NCBI RefSeq assembly: GCF_006345805.1
Contig: NW_021832062.1
Location: forward strand, 1 to 29,632
Source: Octopus sinensis
Taxonomy: Eukaryota
Direction: 5' to 3'
Length of the DNA: 29,632 bases
Of this stretch, positions 1 to 9,705 are shown piece by piece; position 1 is the stretch's first letter; every line of letters begins with the position of its first letter. A program made the translations under genes and the position numbers. A model generated the notes under the pieces. The model was not told the origin of the DNA. It saw only the letters and a list, made by a program, of their open reading frames with translations, and searched no databases.

Positions 1-110
1 GAGGACTGAACCTTGGTGGACCCCAACCTCTACCCGGAATTCTTCACTGTACTCGTTGTAAAACCCTCACCTTACTAGCAGCGTCTCTGTACATAGCTTG
101 CACAGCTCTC
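1..110 (-). mobile_element. RTE-clade LINE reverse-transcriptase fragment (runs off window start)
   Basis: Reverse complement (gagagctgtgcaagctatgtacagagacgc...gaagaattccgggtagaggttggggtccaccaaggttcagtcctc) aligns by eye to 14867-14975 of the RTE copy in this window (RAVQAMYRDA...EEFRVEVGVHQGSVL). Confidence 0.85.
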
Positions 111-294
111 CTATATACATATATACAATATTGGCCTGCTCGCTTAGCCGGCGTGGTGGCGTCATTCGAAGGCTAAAACAATGCGAACGCATTGTGACCA
201 GCGATGTGTAACTACATCTGATGGACTGGTCGGTCACGTGATGGTGATGGTGATATACAATATACATCCATAACATACAAACACACACACACAT

Positions 295-327
<33 letters not shown>

Positions 328-865
328 TACATATATATATATATCGATGAATGAATTATTCTTTGTCTACGTTAACATTGAAAATTCAATAAACGGTTAC
401 CAGGGTAGCAACATTCTACCATATAAGTGTAAGTATATATATATGTATATGTATATGTATATACATACATAACATACAAACACACACACACATACACACA
501 CATACACACTTACACACACACACACACGCATATATATAAATCAATGAATGAATTATTCTTTGTCTACGTTAACATGGAAAATTCAATAAACGGTTACCAG
601 TGTAGCAACATTCACGCAAGTAACAAGGATGTAGCGACCTATTCAAAGGTAGAAACTCCGGGTTAATGTGCAGTAATTTGTGTAGTATAATTAATTAAAT
701 TCAGTTGAATGCAGATATTATTCGAATTCTTTTATATTCGACATATGTTTCAAAGACAACATTGGTTTTATTCCAAAGGAATAAACGGTGTGAAATAATG
801 CAATCTTCTCATCAGGAAAGAAAGAGAACCTATCTCAACAACAAGACATTGTTTATATATATATA
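111..865. repeat. Partial copies of the ~0.75-1 kb composite tandem unit (same unit as 6100-13910)
   Basis: Contains block C (tggcctgctcgc...gtgatggtg, 132-252) and block D (atcgatgaatgaattattc..., 343-416 partial and 538-840), separated by (CA)n/(TA)n. Confidence 0.9.
132..252 (+). mobile_element. 121-bp short retroposon-like insert with (GTGATG)n tail and 11-bp TSD
   Basis: Flanked by the direct repeat atatacaatat (121-131 and 253-263). The same insert occurs at 7061-7181, 11516-11636, 12508-12628 and ~13389-13504; an empty site with one atatacaatat is at 6331-6341. Confidence 0.7.
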
Positions 866-1705
866 CTAGCAGAATTGCCCGCCGTTGCTCGGGGCTGAAT
901 TGCTTGAAAGTACTGTTAATGATTGCACTGAATTATGATGATTATTCAGGCAATATTGATATAAGTTTACGGTGGGAGATAAGGACTTACGATCAAACGT
1001 CTGCCATTGCATTGTTTTGGGGGAACCAAATTTCTGATGAGCATTATAGGGGCACCAACTTTAAGTTTGAGAAAGTGTGGTGGTAGTCCGGGGTGCTCAA
1101 GGAATTGAGTACCTCCATTGGATAGTGATGACGTCCTCTGGGTCAGGAGTTGTATCGATAGACTGATATACATAGACTTCCCCAGGAATGAGTTTTAGCA
1201 TTTCATCATTAATATGGTGAACAGTTTTATTCCTCGGGGCCAGTATAGCCTTTTTGCCAATCCAATCCATATTCTGATAATTAGCTTGTAGATCTGGGAA
1301 CACTGCATCTCTGAGATCAGAAGGTGTCTTAACAATGGTACAAATGGAATCGATGGCAATATTACCATTTTCATCGCCTGTTATTTTGCCTTTGTCAAGT
1401 GCAAGGAGGGTGTGAGGAAATGCTGCTGATGTGATATTACGTCGCATATGAGCACGCATATTAGTGTGAAGTTTGAGAGTTACTTCCCTTTATTTAAAAA
1501 AATATGCAATTAAATGGAAAAAAATTATGGTAAATTATATGTAAAATCATAGACTCATCGTAGACGCGCGCTAATACCCAGAAAGGCTTGATATGAATCT
1601 CGACTATAAGATACCGGTTTTGGTTAAACTGCATCGCAAAATGTGGGAGTAGTTAGGAATCTAAATCGGAGTAGACAGACACACAACCTTTCTATTATAT
1701 ATAAA
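866..1705 (-). mobile_element. Non-autonomous Helitron carrying an internal RepHel helicase fragment
   Basis: Minus-strand 3' end cccgagcaacggcggg hairpin + CTAG (866-869) followed by T. The 5' arm (1480-1705) matches the 5' arms of the Helitrons at 2701-3091 and 7589-8611. Confidence 0.8.
988..1478 (-). pseudogene. PIF1-family (Helitron) helicase C-terminal fragment, frameshifted
   Basis: LKLHTNMRAH...AILAPRNKTVHHIN...IPGEVYVYQSID and, in a second frame, PGLPPHFLKLKVGAPIMLIRNL...CNGRRLIV; these are characteristic PIF1/Helitron helicase motifs. Confidence 0.9.
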
Positions 1706-1707
1706 TA

Positions 1708-2340
1708 TTTTGTCCTAAAAAAACTTTGTATGGATTGAATGGTTACCTCTATGGAATATATACACGCACATTATACATACATGTGAGTATAGATGAATAT
1801 ATAAATACATTTAAATATCTATATACACTTTTGGGCGATCTTTCTGTTTCTTAGAGATAACTTTAGATCTATTTTCGTCCTAAAAAACATTGTATGGAGT
1901 GAATGGTTACCTCTATGGAATATATACACACACGTTATACATACATGTGTGCATAGATGAATATATACATATATTTATATATCTATATACACTTTTGGGC
2001 GATCTTTGTTCTACTTAGAGATAACTTTAGATCTTATATTCGTCCTAAAAAACTTTCCTGTCACATATTCACGTACACGCACACACACACACACACGCAC
2101 CCTCACACACCACACACGCTCACACACACTCACACACACACACACACACAACAAATACATTTAATATCTATATACATATTTTGGGCGGATATTTTCTGCT
2201 ACTTGGATATACGTTAGGTCTTATATTCGTCCTAAAAAACTTTCCTGTCACACACTCACGCACACGCACACACACACACGCCACCCTCACACACACACAC
2301 ACGCACACACACACCCCACCACACACACTCACGCAAAACA
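1708..2340. repeat. Tandem repeat, 165/165/187-bp periods
   Basis: Anchor (c/t)gtcctaaaaaa recurs at 1711, 1876, 2041 and 2228; the later units replace the middle with (CA)n-rich sequence. Confidence 0.85.
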
Positions 2341-2451
2341 CAACACGTTAGCTTACATTTTATTCATATATCTGCGTGTCTATGTGTGTAAAGAGGAAGT
2401 GGGAGGCAGAGTGAAAGAGTCAGTCACTACAAAAAGTCAATTACTTTCACT

Positions 2452-2700
2452 TTATCGTTGCACACTGTGCGTGTGCGTGTTCTGTAGCCCACACTAAGAA
2501 AAGCATTTGACTCATACACCACAATGTGAGTTTTCTCTAAATTTTGCTTAATTGGGGTTGAAATTTAAAAAGTGGACCTGGCAAGACCCGATGCATTCTA
2601 CTCTTAAAAATGCTAGGTAAATTGTAATTGAAGAAATCCTATATTGTAGATTAGTATAAGAGACAAAGGGAGTCAGAAAAAATCTGCCTTTATAATAAGA
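2452..2700 (-). mobile_element. 5' portion of a second putative Helitron-type non-autonomous family (family B)
   Basis: Begins TCTTATTATAAAGGCAGA on the minus strand; ~250 bp homologous to 3611-3864; no 3' CTAG end found. Confidence 0.55.
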
Positions 2701-3091
2701 CTAGCAGTATCGCCCGGCGTTGCTCGTGTTGTAAGGGAAATAACTATATAAGCATTTTTAGAGAGTTATAGCCAAAAAATAGCAAAAAACATGCATTAAA
2801 AATTGGAAAAAAATTAAGGTACAATTTTTAAATCGTTGACACATCGTAGATATTTTTAGAGAGTTACTTCCCTTATATAAAAGCGAAAAAAAATGCATTA
2901 AAATGGAAAAATATGATGGTAAATTTTTTTAAATCGTAGACTCATCGTAGACGCGCGCTAATACCCAGAGGGCTCGATATGAATCACGACTATAAGATAC
3001 CCGCTTTTGGTTAAACTGCACCGCAAAATGTGGGAGTAATACGAATGTAAATCGATGGGGACAGACACACAACTTCACTCTTATATAAAGA
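2701..3091 (-). mobile_element. Non-autonomous Helitron (family A), 391 bp
   Basis: Minus strand starts TCTTTATATAA and ends ...gagcaacgccgggcgatactgCTAG. The 5' and 3' arms match 7589-8611; it has an internal ~105-bp duplication instead of the GC-rich core. Confidence 0.85.
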
Positions 3092-3424
3092 GGCTTTTTT
3101 GTTTCAGTCATAGAGATAGATTTATGAAGGTCTTCAGTAGAAAATCCTTCGAATTCTGACTCGCTGCTTGATATAAGGAAATTCGTATACCATTTTTTGT
3201 CAGAATTACAAATTTTGAAAACACAATAGGAACAAATTTCGGAAAAAAATCTCCCATAATTCACGGAATTAAAATTACACTTCGCTTTTTGTACAAAACT
3301 GTATTTGAAGTGTTTACGAAGTATACATACGTGTTTTCACGAATGTTACTAAAGAGATTTACTCTGATATCTCATTTAAAATATGAATAGGTAAATTCGG
3401 GCGGTTTGGTAACGAAAGGGTTAT
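3092..3424 (-). mobile_element. Possible piggyBac-like transposon left end with start of an acidic ORF
   Basis: Minus strand reads ATAA|CCCTTTCGTTACC (CCC terminus, TTAA-like flank with one mismatch), followed by ...FLISSSESEFEGFSTEDL. No right TIR or DDD domain is present. Confidence 0.35.
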
Positions 3425-3610
3425 ATAAGTGTCGTCTGTTTATACATAAACACTGTTTCATAGTTTCAGTTTAGTCTTCCTCAAATCACTGTCGCTAATT
3501 ACTCTCTTCCAAGAACAATTCACTCACTGTTATCTGTTAGCTCCCCTACATTTACTCATGTATCTATCAGCAACGTGATAGACGGAAACAAATATTACAT
3601 GTACTTTCAT

Positions 3611-3864
3611 TTATATCGTTGCCCACTGGTTGTGTGCGTTGTGGTGTGGTGTGTAAACCAGACTAAGAAAAGCATTGACACACACACCCGAATGTGAGTT
3701 TTCTGTAATTTTATTTAATTGGAGTTTAAATTTAAAAACTGGACCTGGCATGACGCGATGCATTGTACTCTCAAAAATGGTAGGTAAATTGTAATTGAAG
3801 AAATCCTATATTGAGAGTATAATTCCCAAAGGGAGGCAGATAAAATCTGCCTTTTATAATAAGA
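3611..3864 (-). mobile_element. 5' portion of putative Helitron-type family B, second copy
   Basis: A|TCTTATTATAAAAGGCAG start in (TA)n; subterminal hairpin GGCAGAT-AAA-ATCTGCC at 3835-3851; homologous to 2452-2700. Confidence 0.55.
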
Positions 3865-3930
3865 TATATATTATATATCTATATATATATATATATATAT
3901 ATAATATCTATATAATAATATATATATACC

Positions 3931-3961
<31 letters not shown>

Positions 3962-4046
3962 TATATACATATATATATATATATTTATATATATATATAA
4001 TATTATATAATATATAATATCTATATATATATATATATATATATAT

Positions 4047-4116
4047 ATTGATTGATTGATTGATTGATTGATTCCCAGTTTCAGCTTATGAGCTGTGGCC
4101 ATGCTGGGGCACCGCC
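4047..4116 (-). mobile_element. 3' end of a SINE/LINE with (AATC)n tail
   Basis: Minus strand ggcggtgccccagcatggccacag...gaaactggg(aatc)n shares the ggcggtg..cca(g/a)catggcc motif with the 3' end of the SINE at 20793-21257. Confidence 0.6.
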
Positions 4117-4291
4117 ATTGGTGTTGCTACTTGGTTTCACTCAAGGAGGCTTTCTAGCAACTGCTATTTGGGCATGAGTGTATATATTATATATATACAT
4201 ATATATATACATATATATATATATATAATTATATATATACAATGTATACGTGGATATATATACCCATATATAAATATATATATATATATTG

Positions 4292-4372
<81 letters not shown>

Positions 4373-5189
4373 TATATACATTTATGTATATATATATATA
4401 ATAGTATAAATAATATATTATATATGATATATGTATGAATTACAAACTGGGAGAAGAATGCAAAACATTTAGAGATGATACAAAAAATACAGATGGGACA
4501 ATCGAAGGCCTATATATGTATATATATGTATATATATATATACACGTGTGCAATATATATATATGTATATATATTTATATATATATGTGTATATTAGATA
4601 CATATATATATATATATAATATATATATGTATATACATGACAAGAAATAAGTTCTGTCTCCTTTTTATGGAAACAAAGGGATTATAGGACTACAAAAAGA
4701 AGTGCTCAAATGTAATGAGACAGAGATAAAGAAACATTGATCATAAACAAACATCAAATTCGAGTTGAATGACTTTATCTAAAACATTTGATCATATATA
4801 AATATTACCCATTGTCTTAAACATATAAATTATACATATATAAAAAAACTTTGAAGGTTAAAAAATAACATGCGAAAAGAAGCCAGGTATATACAACGGT
4901 CTATCAAGAAGGTATATACCATTGGCTAAAATTCTATTGTGTGTCATTGCCACTAAAAATCAAATCACATAAAGAAAATATCAATCAACTAAAAAAAATG
5001 TTTTCTCCTCTCAAACGAAAGAGTACATAAAAAAAAGTTAGGTCATAAAAACCATGGTAGGTTAGAGTCCAGGATCGAAAAGTGTTCCACAAAATCAAGT
5101 CAAACCACCTATGGCCATTGTAGGAGTTCATTGCAGCGATTCAATTACGAGTTAGGCACATCTCGACAATGACCCCACATCCGTATGAA

Positions 5190-5500
5190 CAGGAAACTCA
5201 AAAAATTATTTGTTCAGCTGGAAAACTTTGAGAATGGTTACATGACTTTCTGAAAGACAGAAGTCAGAAGCCAGTGGTACCACTCAACGGAACCACAATA
5301 GTGAATGGTGTCCCACAGGGCACTGCTTAGGCCACTGATTTAATAGTGGCCCTCTCATATATGCTCTCCGCTGCCCTGATACCCTTGCTAGCTACGGAGA
5401 CATGTAAACCTTCCAGAAAATACAGAACCCCAGCAATATTGAATGCCTGCAGCTGTAGCTGGATGCAATTTACAGATGGTCTGAGGGCAATAATATGCAT
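5190..5500 (+). pseudogene. Degenerate CR1/L2/Jockey-group LINE RT fragment
   Basis: GKL*EWLHDFLKDRSQ...NGVPQGT (5307-5324), then after frameshifts ...LASY(G)D...LQL*LDAIYRWSEGNNM, which corresponds to RT core domains 4-6; multiple stops and shifts. Confidence 0.75.
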
Positions 5501-5505
5501 GTATG

Positions 5506-5538
<33 letters not shown>

Positions 5539-5559
5539 ATATGTATATATATGAGGGTA

Positions 5560-5950
5560 ATAATTGTAGTAAGCAGGAAGTAAGTGTTCTCAGCCGATAA
5601 GGCTATTCATTGTGTTTTTCGTGGATTATATTTATCTATACATTCTATCTTCCTTTTATTAAGTAGTAAAAGATAAAATATTATATATATATATATGACA
5701 AGATTTAAGATGAGAAAAATGTTTCTTTACCGTGAATCAGAAGTTTTCAGTTGGATAAGGTTGAGTTTTAGAGGTTCTCAGCTGAGTAAGTTGTTGTTGG
5801 GAGACTTTAATTTGGGGATATGAAATTTCAGTCTCTCGTTGGTATGAATAAAATGATTTTAGATTCATAGGTTTTATATAATTGTAGTAAGCAGGAAGTA
5901 AGTCGTCTCAGCCAATAAGGCTATTCATTGTGTTTTCGTGGAATTTTATT
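5560..5950. repeat. ~70-bp direct repeat pair (5560-5635 and 5879-5950)
   Basis: taattgtagtaagcaggaagtaagt..ctcagcc.ataaggctattcattgtgtttt(t)cgtgga is present twice, ~320 bp apart. Confidence 0.85.
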
Positions 5951-6184
5951 ATATGTATGTATGTATGTATGTATGGTATGTATGTATATACTATAATGTA
6001 TGTATGTATATATATATATATGTATGTATGTAATATATATATATGTATGTATGTATGTATGTAATGTAGTATGTATGTATGTATGTATATATATTTACAT
6101 ATAAATATATATGTATACATATAATTAGCGGATATGTTAGCCTTTGGAAGGGATAGATGTATTGAAGGAAATACTGATTCTACC

Positions 6185-6215
6185 ACCGCGAGTCTGCTGC
6201 CCTAACCACTGGCCA
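6185..6215 (-). mobile_element. 31-bp tRNA-like SINE head fragment inserted in one array unit
   Basis: Minus strand tggccagtggttagggcagcagactcgcggt resembles an A-box/D-arm and anticodon-stem region; absent from the other four B blocks. Confidence 0.55.
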
Positions 6216-6401
6216 GAATATACATTTACATATATATAAGTGTATGTATATATATATGTATATAATACACACACATATAATACACACACATATAATACAT
6301 CTATTATACATATATTATATGTATATACATATATACAATATAGATACATAACAACAAACAAACACACACACACATACACACACACACAAACACACACACA
6401 T

Positions 6402-6436
<35 letters not shown>

Positions 6437-6729
6437 AATCGATGAATGAATTATTCTTTGTCTACGTTAACATGGAAAATTCAATATACTGTTACCAGGG
6501 TAGCAACATTCACGCAAGTAACAAGGATGTAGCGACCTATTCAAAGGTAGAAACTCCGGGTTAATGTGCAGTAATTTGTGTAGTATAATTAATTAAATTC
6601 AGTTGAATGCAGATATTATTCGAGTTTCAAAGACAACTTTGGTTTTATTCCAAAGGAATAAACGGTGTGAAATAATGCAATCTTCTCATCAGGAAAGAAA
6701 GAGAACCTATACATACAGTTAATGTATTT

Positions 6730-6799
<70 letters not shown>

Positions 6800-6925
6800 C
6801 GTTTGTATGTATGTATGTATATATATATATATATAAATATATATGTATACGTATAATTAGGGGATATGTTAGCCTTTGGAAGGGATAGATATATTGAAGG
6901 AAATACTGATTCTACCATATAAGTG

Positions 6926-6959
<34 letters not shown>

Positions 6960-7588
6960 TATATATATGTATATATTTATATATATATATATATATATAT
7001 ATAATACACGCACATATAATACATCTATTATACATATATGTATATACATATATACAATATTGGCCTGGTCGCTTAGCCGCCGGGGTGGCGTCATTCGAAG
7101 GCTAAAACAATGCGAACGCATTGTGACCAGCGATGTGTAACTACATCTGATGGACTGGTCGGTCACGTGATGGTGATGGTGATATACAATATAGATACAT
7201 AACATACAAACACACACACACATACACACACATCCACACACACACACATATATATATAAATCGATGAATTAATTATTCTTTGTTTACGTTAATATGGAAA
7301 ATTCAATAAACGCTTTCCAGGGTAGCAACATTCACGCAAGTAACAAGGATGTAGCGACCTATTCAAAGGTAGACACTCCGGGTTAACGTGCAGTAATTTG
7401 TGTAGTATAAGTAAATAAATGGAGTTGAATGCAGATATTATTCGAATTCTTTTATATTCGACATATGTTTCAAAGACAACATTGGTTTTATTCCAAAGGA
7501 ATAAACGGTGTAAAATAATGCAATCTTCTCATCAAGAAAGAAAGAGAACCTATACATGCAGTTAATGTAATTAACATACATACATATA

Positions 7589-8094
7589 TCTATATATATA
7601 AAACTCTAGTTGTGTGAGTGTCTGTCCCCTTCGATTTAGATTCTTAACTCCTCCCACATTTTGGGGTGCAGTTTAACCAAATTCGGGTATCTTATAGTCG
7701 TGATTCATATCGAGCCCGTCTGACTATTAACGCGCGTCAACGATGAGTCTACGATTTTAAAAATAATTTAACATAATTTTTTATTCCATTTTAATGCATA
7801 AAATGCATCGTGTGTCGATGGCGGCGGAGTTGGCGTCCACGCTCACAGCTGCACCTGTTTGCTTCTCCGCCTTCCCTCCCTCGTGAAGCTGTGGGGAAGG
7901 GAGTCTAAAGAAATCAACGTCGTAATGCGTCGTGAAGGAGACCCGCGTTCTTTTAGAACAACGACTTCATGGCTTGAAGACACCAAAACAAAAATGGCTA
8001 AGAAAGCCCGAATTTATAAGCGAAGTAAGTCTCTGAAAATGCTTATATAGTTATTTCCCTTACAAACCCGAGCATCGCCGGGCGATACTGCTAG
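7589..8094 (+). mobile_element. Non-autonomous Helitron (family A), 506 bp, first unit of dimer
   Basis: A|TCTATATATATAAAAC start; 3' hairpin cccgagcatcgccggg and CTAG at 8091-8094. Confidence 0.9.
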
Positions 8095-8611
8095 TCTATA
8101 TATATAAAACTGTAGTTGTGTGAGTGTCTGTCTCCTACGATTTAGATTCCTAACTCCTCCCACATTTTGCGGTGCAGTTTAACCAAATTCGGGTATCTTA
8201 TAGTCGTGATTAATATCGAGCCCGTCTGGCTATTAGCGCGCGTCTACGATGAGTCTACGATTTTAAAAATAATTTAACATCATTTTTTATTCCATTTTAA
8301 CGCATAATTTTTCGTGTGTCGATGGCGGCGGAGTTGGCGTCCACGCTCAAACACCTGCACCTGTGTTTGCTTCTCCCCCTTCTTCCCTCCCTCGTGAAGC
8401 TGTGGGGAAGGGAGAGTAAGGAAATCAACGTCGTAAAGCGTTTTCAAGGAGACCAGCGTTCTTTTAGAACAACGACTTCATGGCTTGAAGACACCAAAAC
8501 AGAAATGGCTAAGAAAGCCCGAATTGGCATCTATAAAGGAAGTAACTCTCTAAAAATGCTTATATAGTTATTTCCCTTACAAACCCGAGCAACGCCGGGC
8601 GATACTGCTAG
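8095..8611 (+). mobile_element. Non-autonomous Helitron (family A), 517 bp, second unit of dimer
   Basis: TCTATATATATAAAAC directly after the previous CTAG; ends cccgagcaacgccgggcgatactgCTAG|T (8608-8611); no TSD, A|T target. Confidence 0.9.
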
Positions 8612-8630
8612 TATATATATATATATGTAT

Positions 8631-9486
8631 TGGCCCCTACCTGGGACGTAGTCAGTCCACCTGTGCATACCTTCCTTCTTGTGACACTTGTGAAGACCTG
8701 TTGAGGCAAGTGATCAAATCAAAACAAATCAAAATAGATGAACATCAATGGAATTTGTATCTTTGTGGTACCACGGCCGGTGGCACACAAGATAACTATC
8801 CGAATGTGGCCGTAGCCAGTACCGCATCGACTGGCCTCTGTGCTGTGGGCACATAACAAACACCATCCGATCGTGGCCGCTCGCCAGCCTCATCTGGCAC
8901 CTGTGTCGGTGGCACATAAAAACACCATCCGAAGACCCGGCAAGACTAGTCAGGCCATAACCCGTGGCCCCTACCTGAGACGTAGTCAGTCCACCTGTGC
9001 ATACCTTCCTTCTTGTGACACTTGTGAAGACCTGTTGAGGCAAGTGATCAAATCAAATCAAAATAGATGAACATCAATGGAATTTGTATCTTTGTGGTAC
9101 CAGTGCCGGTGGCACACAAGAAAACCATCCGAACGTGGCCGTAGCCAGTACCGCATCGACTGGCCTCCGTGCTGTGGGCACGTAACAAACACCATCCGAT
9201 CGTGGCCGTTCGTCAGCCTCGTCTGGCACCTGTGTCGGTGGCACATAAAAAACAGCATCTGAGCGTGGGCGTTCGCCAGCCTCGTCTGGCACCTGTGTCG
9301 GTGGCACATAAAATCACCCACTACATTCTCGGAGTGGTTGGCGTTAGGAAGGGCATCCAGCTGTAGAAACACTGCCAGATCTGACTGGCCTGGTGCAGCC
9401 TTCGGGCTCCCCAGACCCCAGTTGAACCGTCCAACCCATGCTAGCATGGAAAGCGGACGTTAAATGATGATGATGATGATGATGAT
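8631..9486 (+). mobile_element. RTE LINE 3' UTR fragment with internal 334-bp duplication and (ATG)n tail
   Basis: The end ggagtggttggcgttaggaagggcatccagctgtagaaac...ccgtccaacccatgctagcatgga..cggacgttaaa(tga)n matches 16386-16539; tggcccctacctg recurs at 8631 and 8965. Confidence 0.85.
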
Positions 9487-9608
9487 ATATATATATATAT
9501 ATATATATATAAACATATATGTATACATATAATTAGGGGATATGTTAGCCTTTGGAAGGGATAGATGTATTGAAGGAAATACTGATTCTACCATATAAGT
9601 GTATGTAT

Positions 9609-9642
<34 letters not shown>

Positions 9643-9705
9643 ATGTGTGTATATATATGAAAAAACAAGTCAAAATAGAAAATGGTAAAATAATTTTATA
9701 GTGAA

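Noticed and set aside
132-185. HDV-like ribozyme resemblance in the 121-bp insert (UGCUCGCU, U-GG, GCUAA)
   Set aside because: No P1 strand is present, P3 cannot be closed around an 8-nt loop, and the putative P2' pairs in a local hairpin instead.
200-240. CTGATGG hammerhead-like core in the 121-bp insert
   Set aside because: No correctly placed GAAA, helix III or NUH site in any permutation.
5700-5875. Possible GIY-YIG C-terminal remnant on the minus strand
   Set aside because: Only a vague RE..F.I.KLK pattern; not distinguishable from chance.
7859-8567. Two similar short ORFs (63 and 83 aa)
   Set aside because: They lie in the Helitron dimer core, differ in start and frame, and show no recognisable domain.
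9105-9320. CRISPR-like repeat-spacer appearance
   Set aside because: Whole-unit degenerate tandem modules within an RTE 3' UTR; no unique spacers, no cas genes, eukaryotic context.
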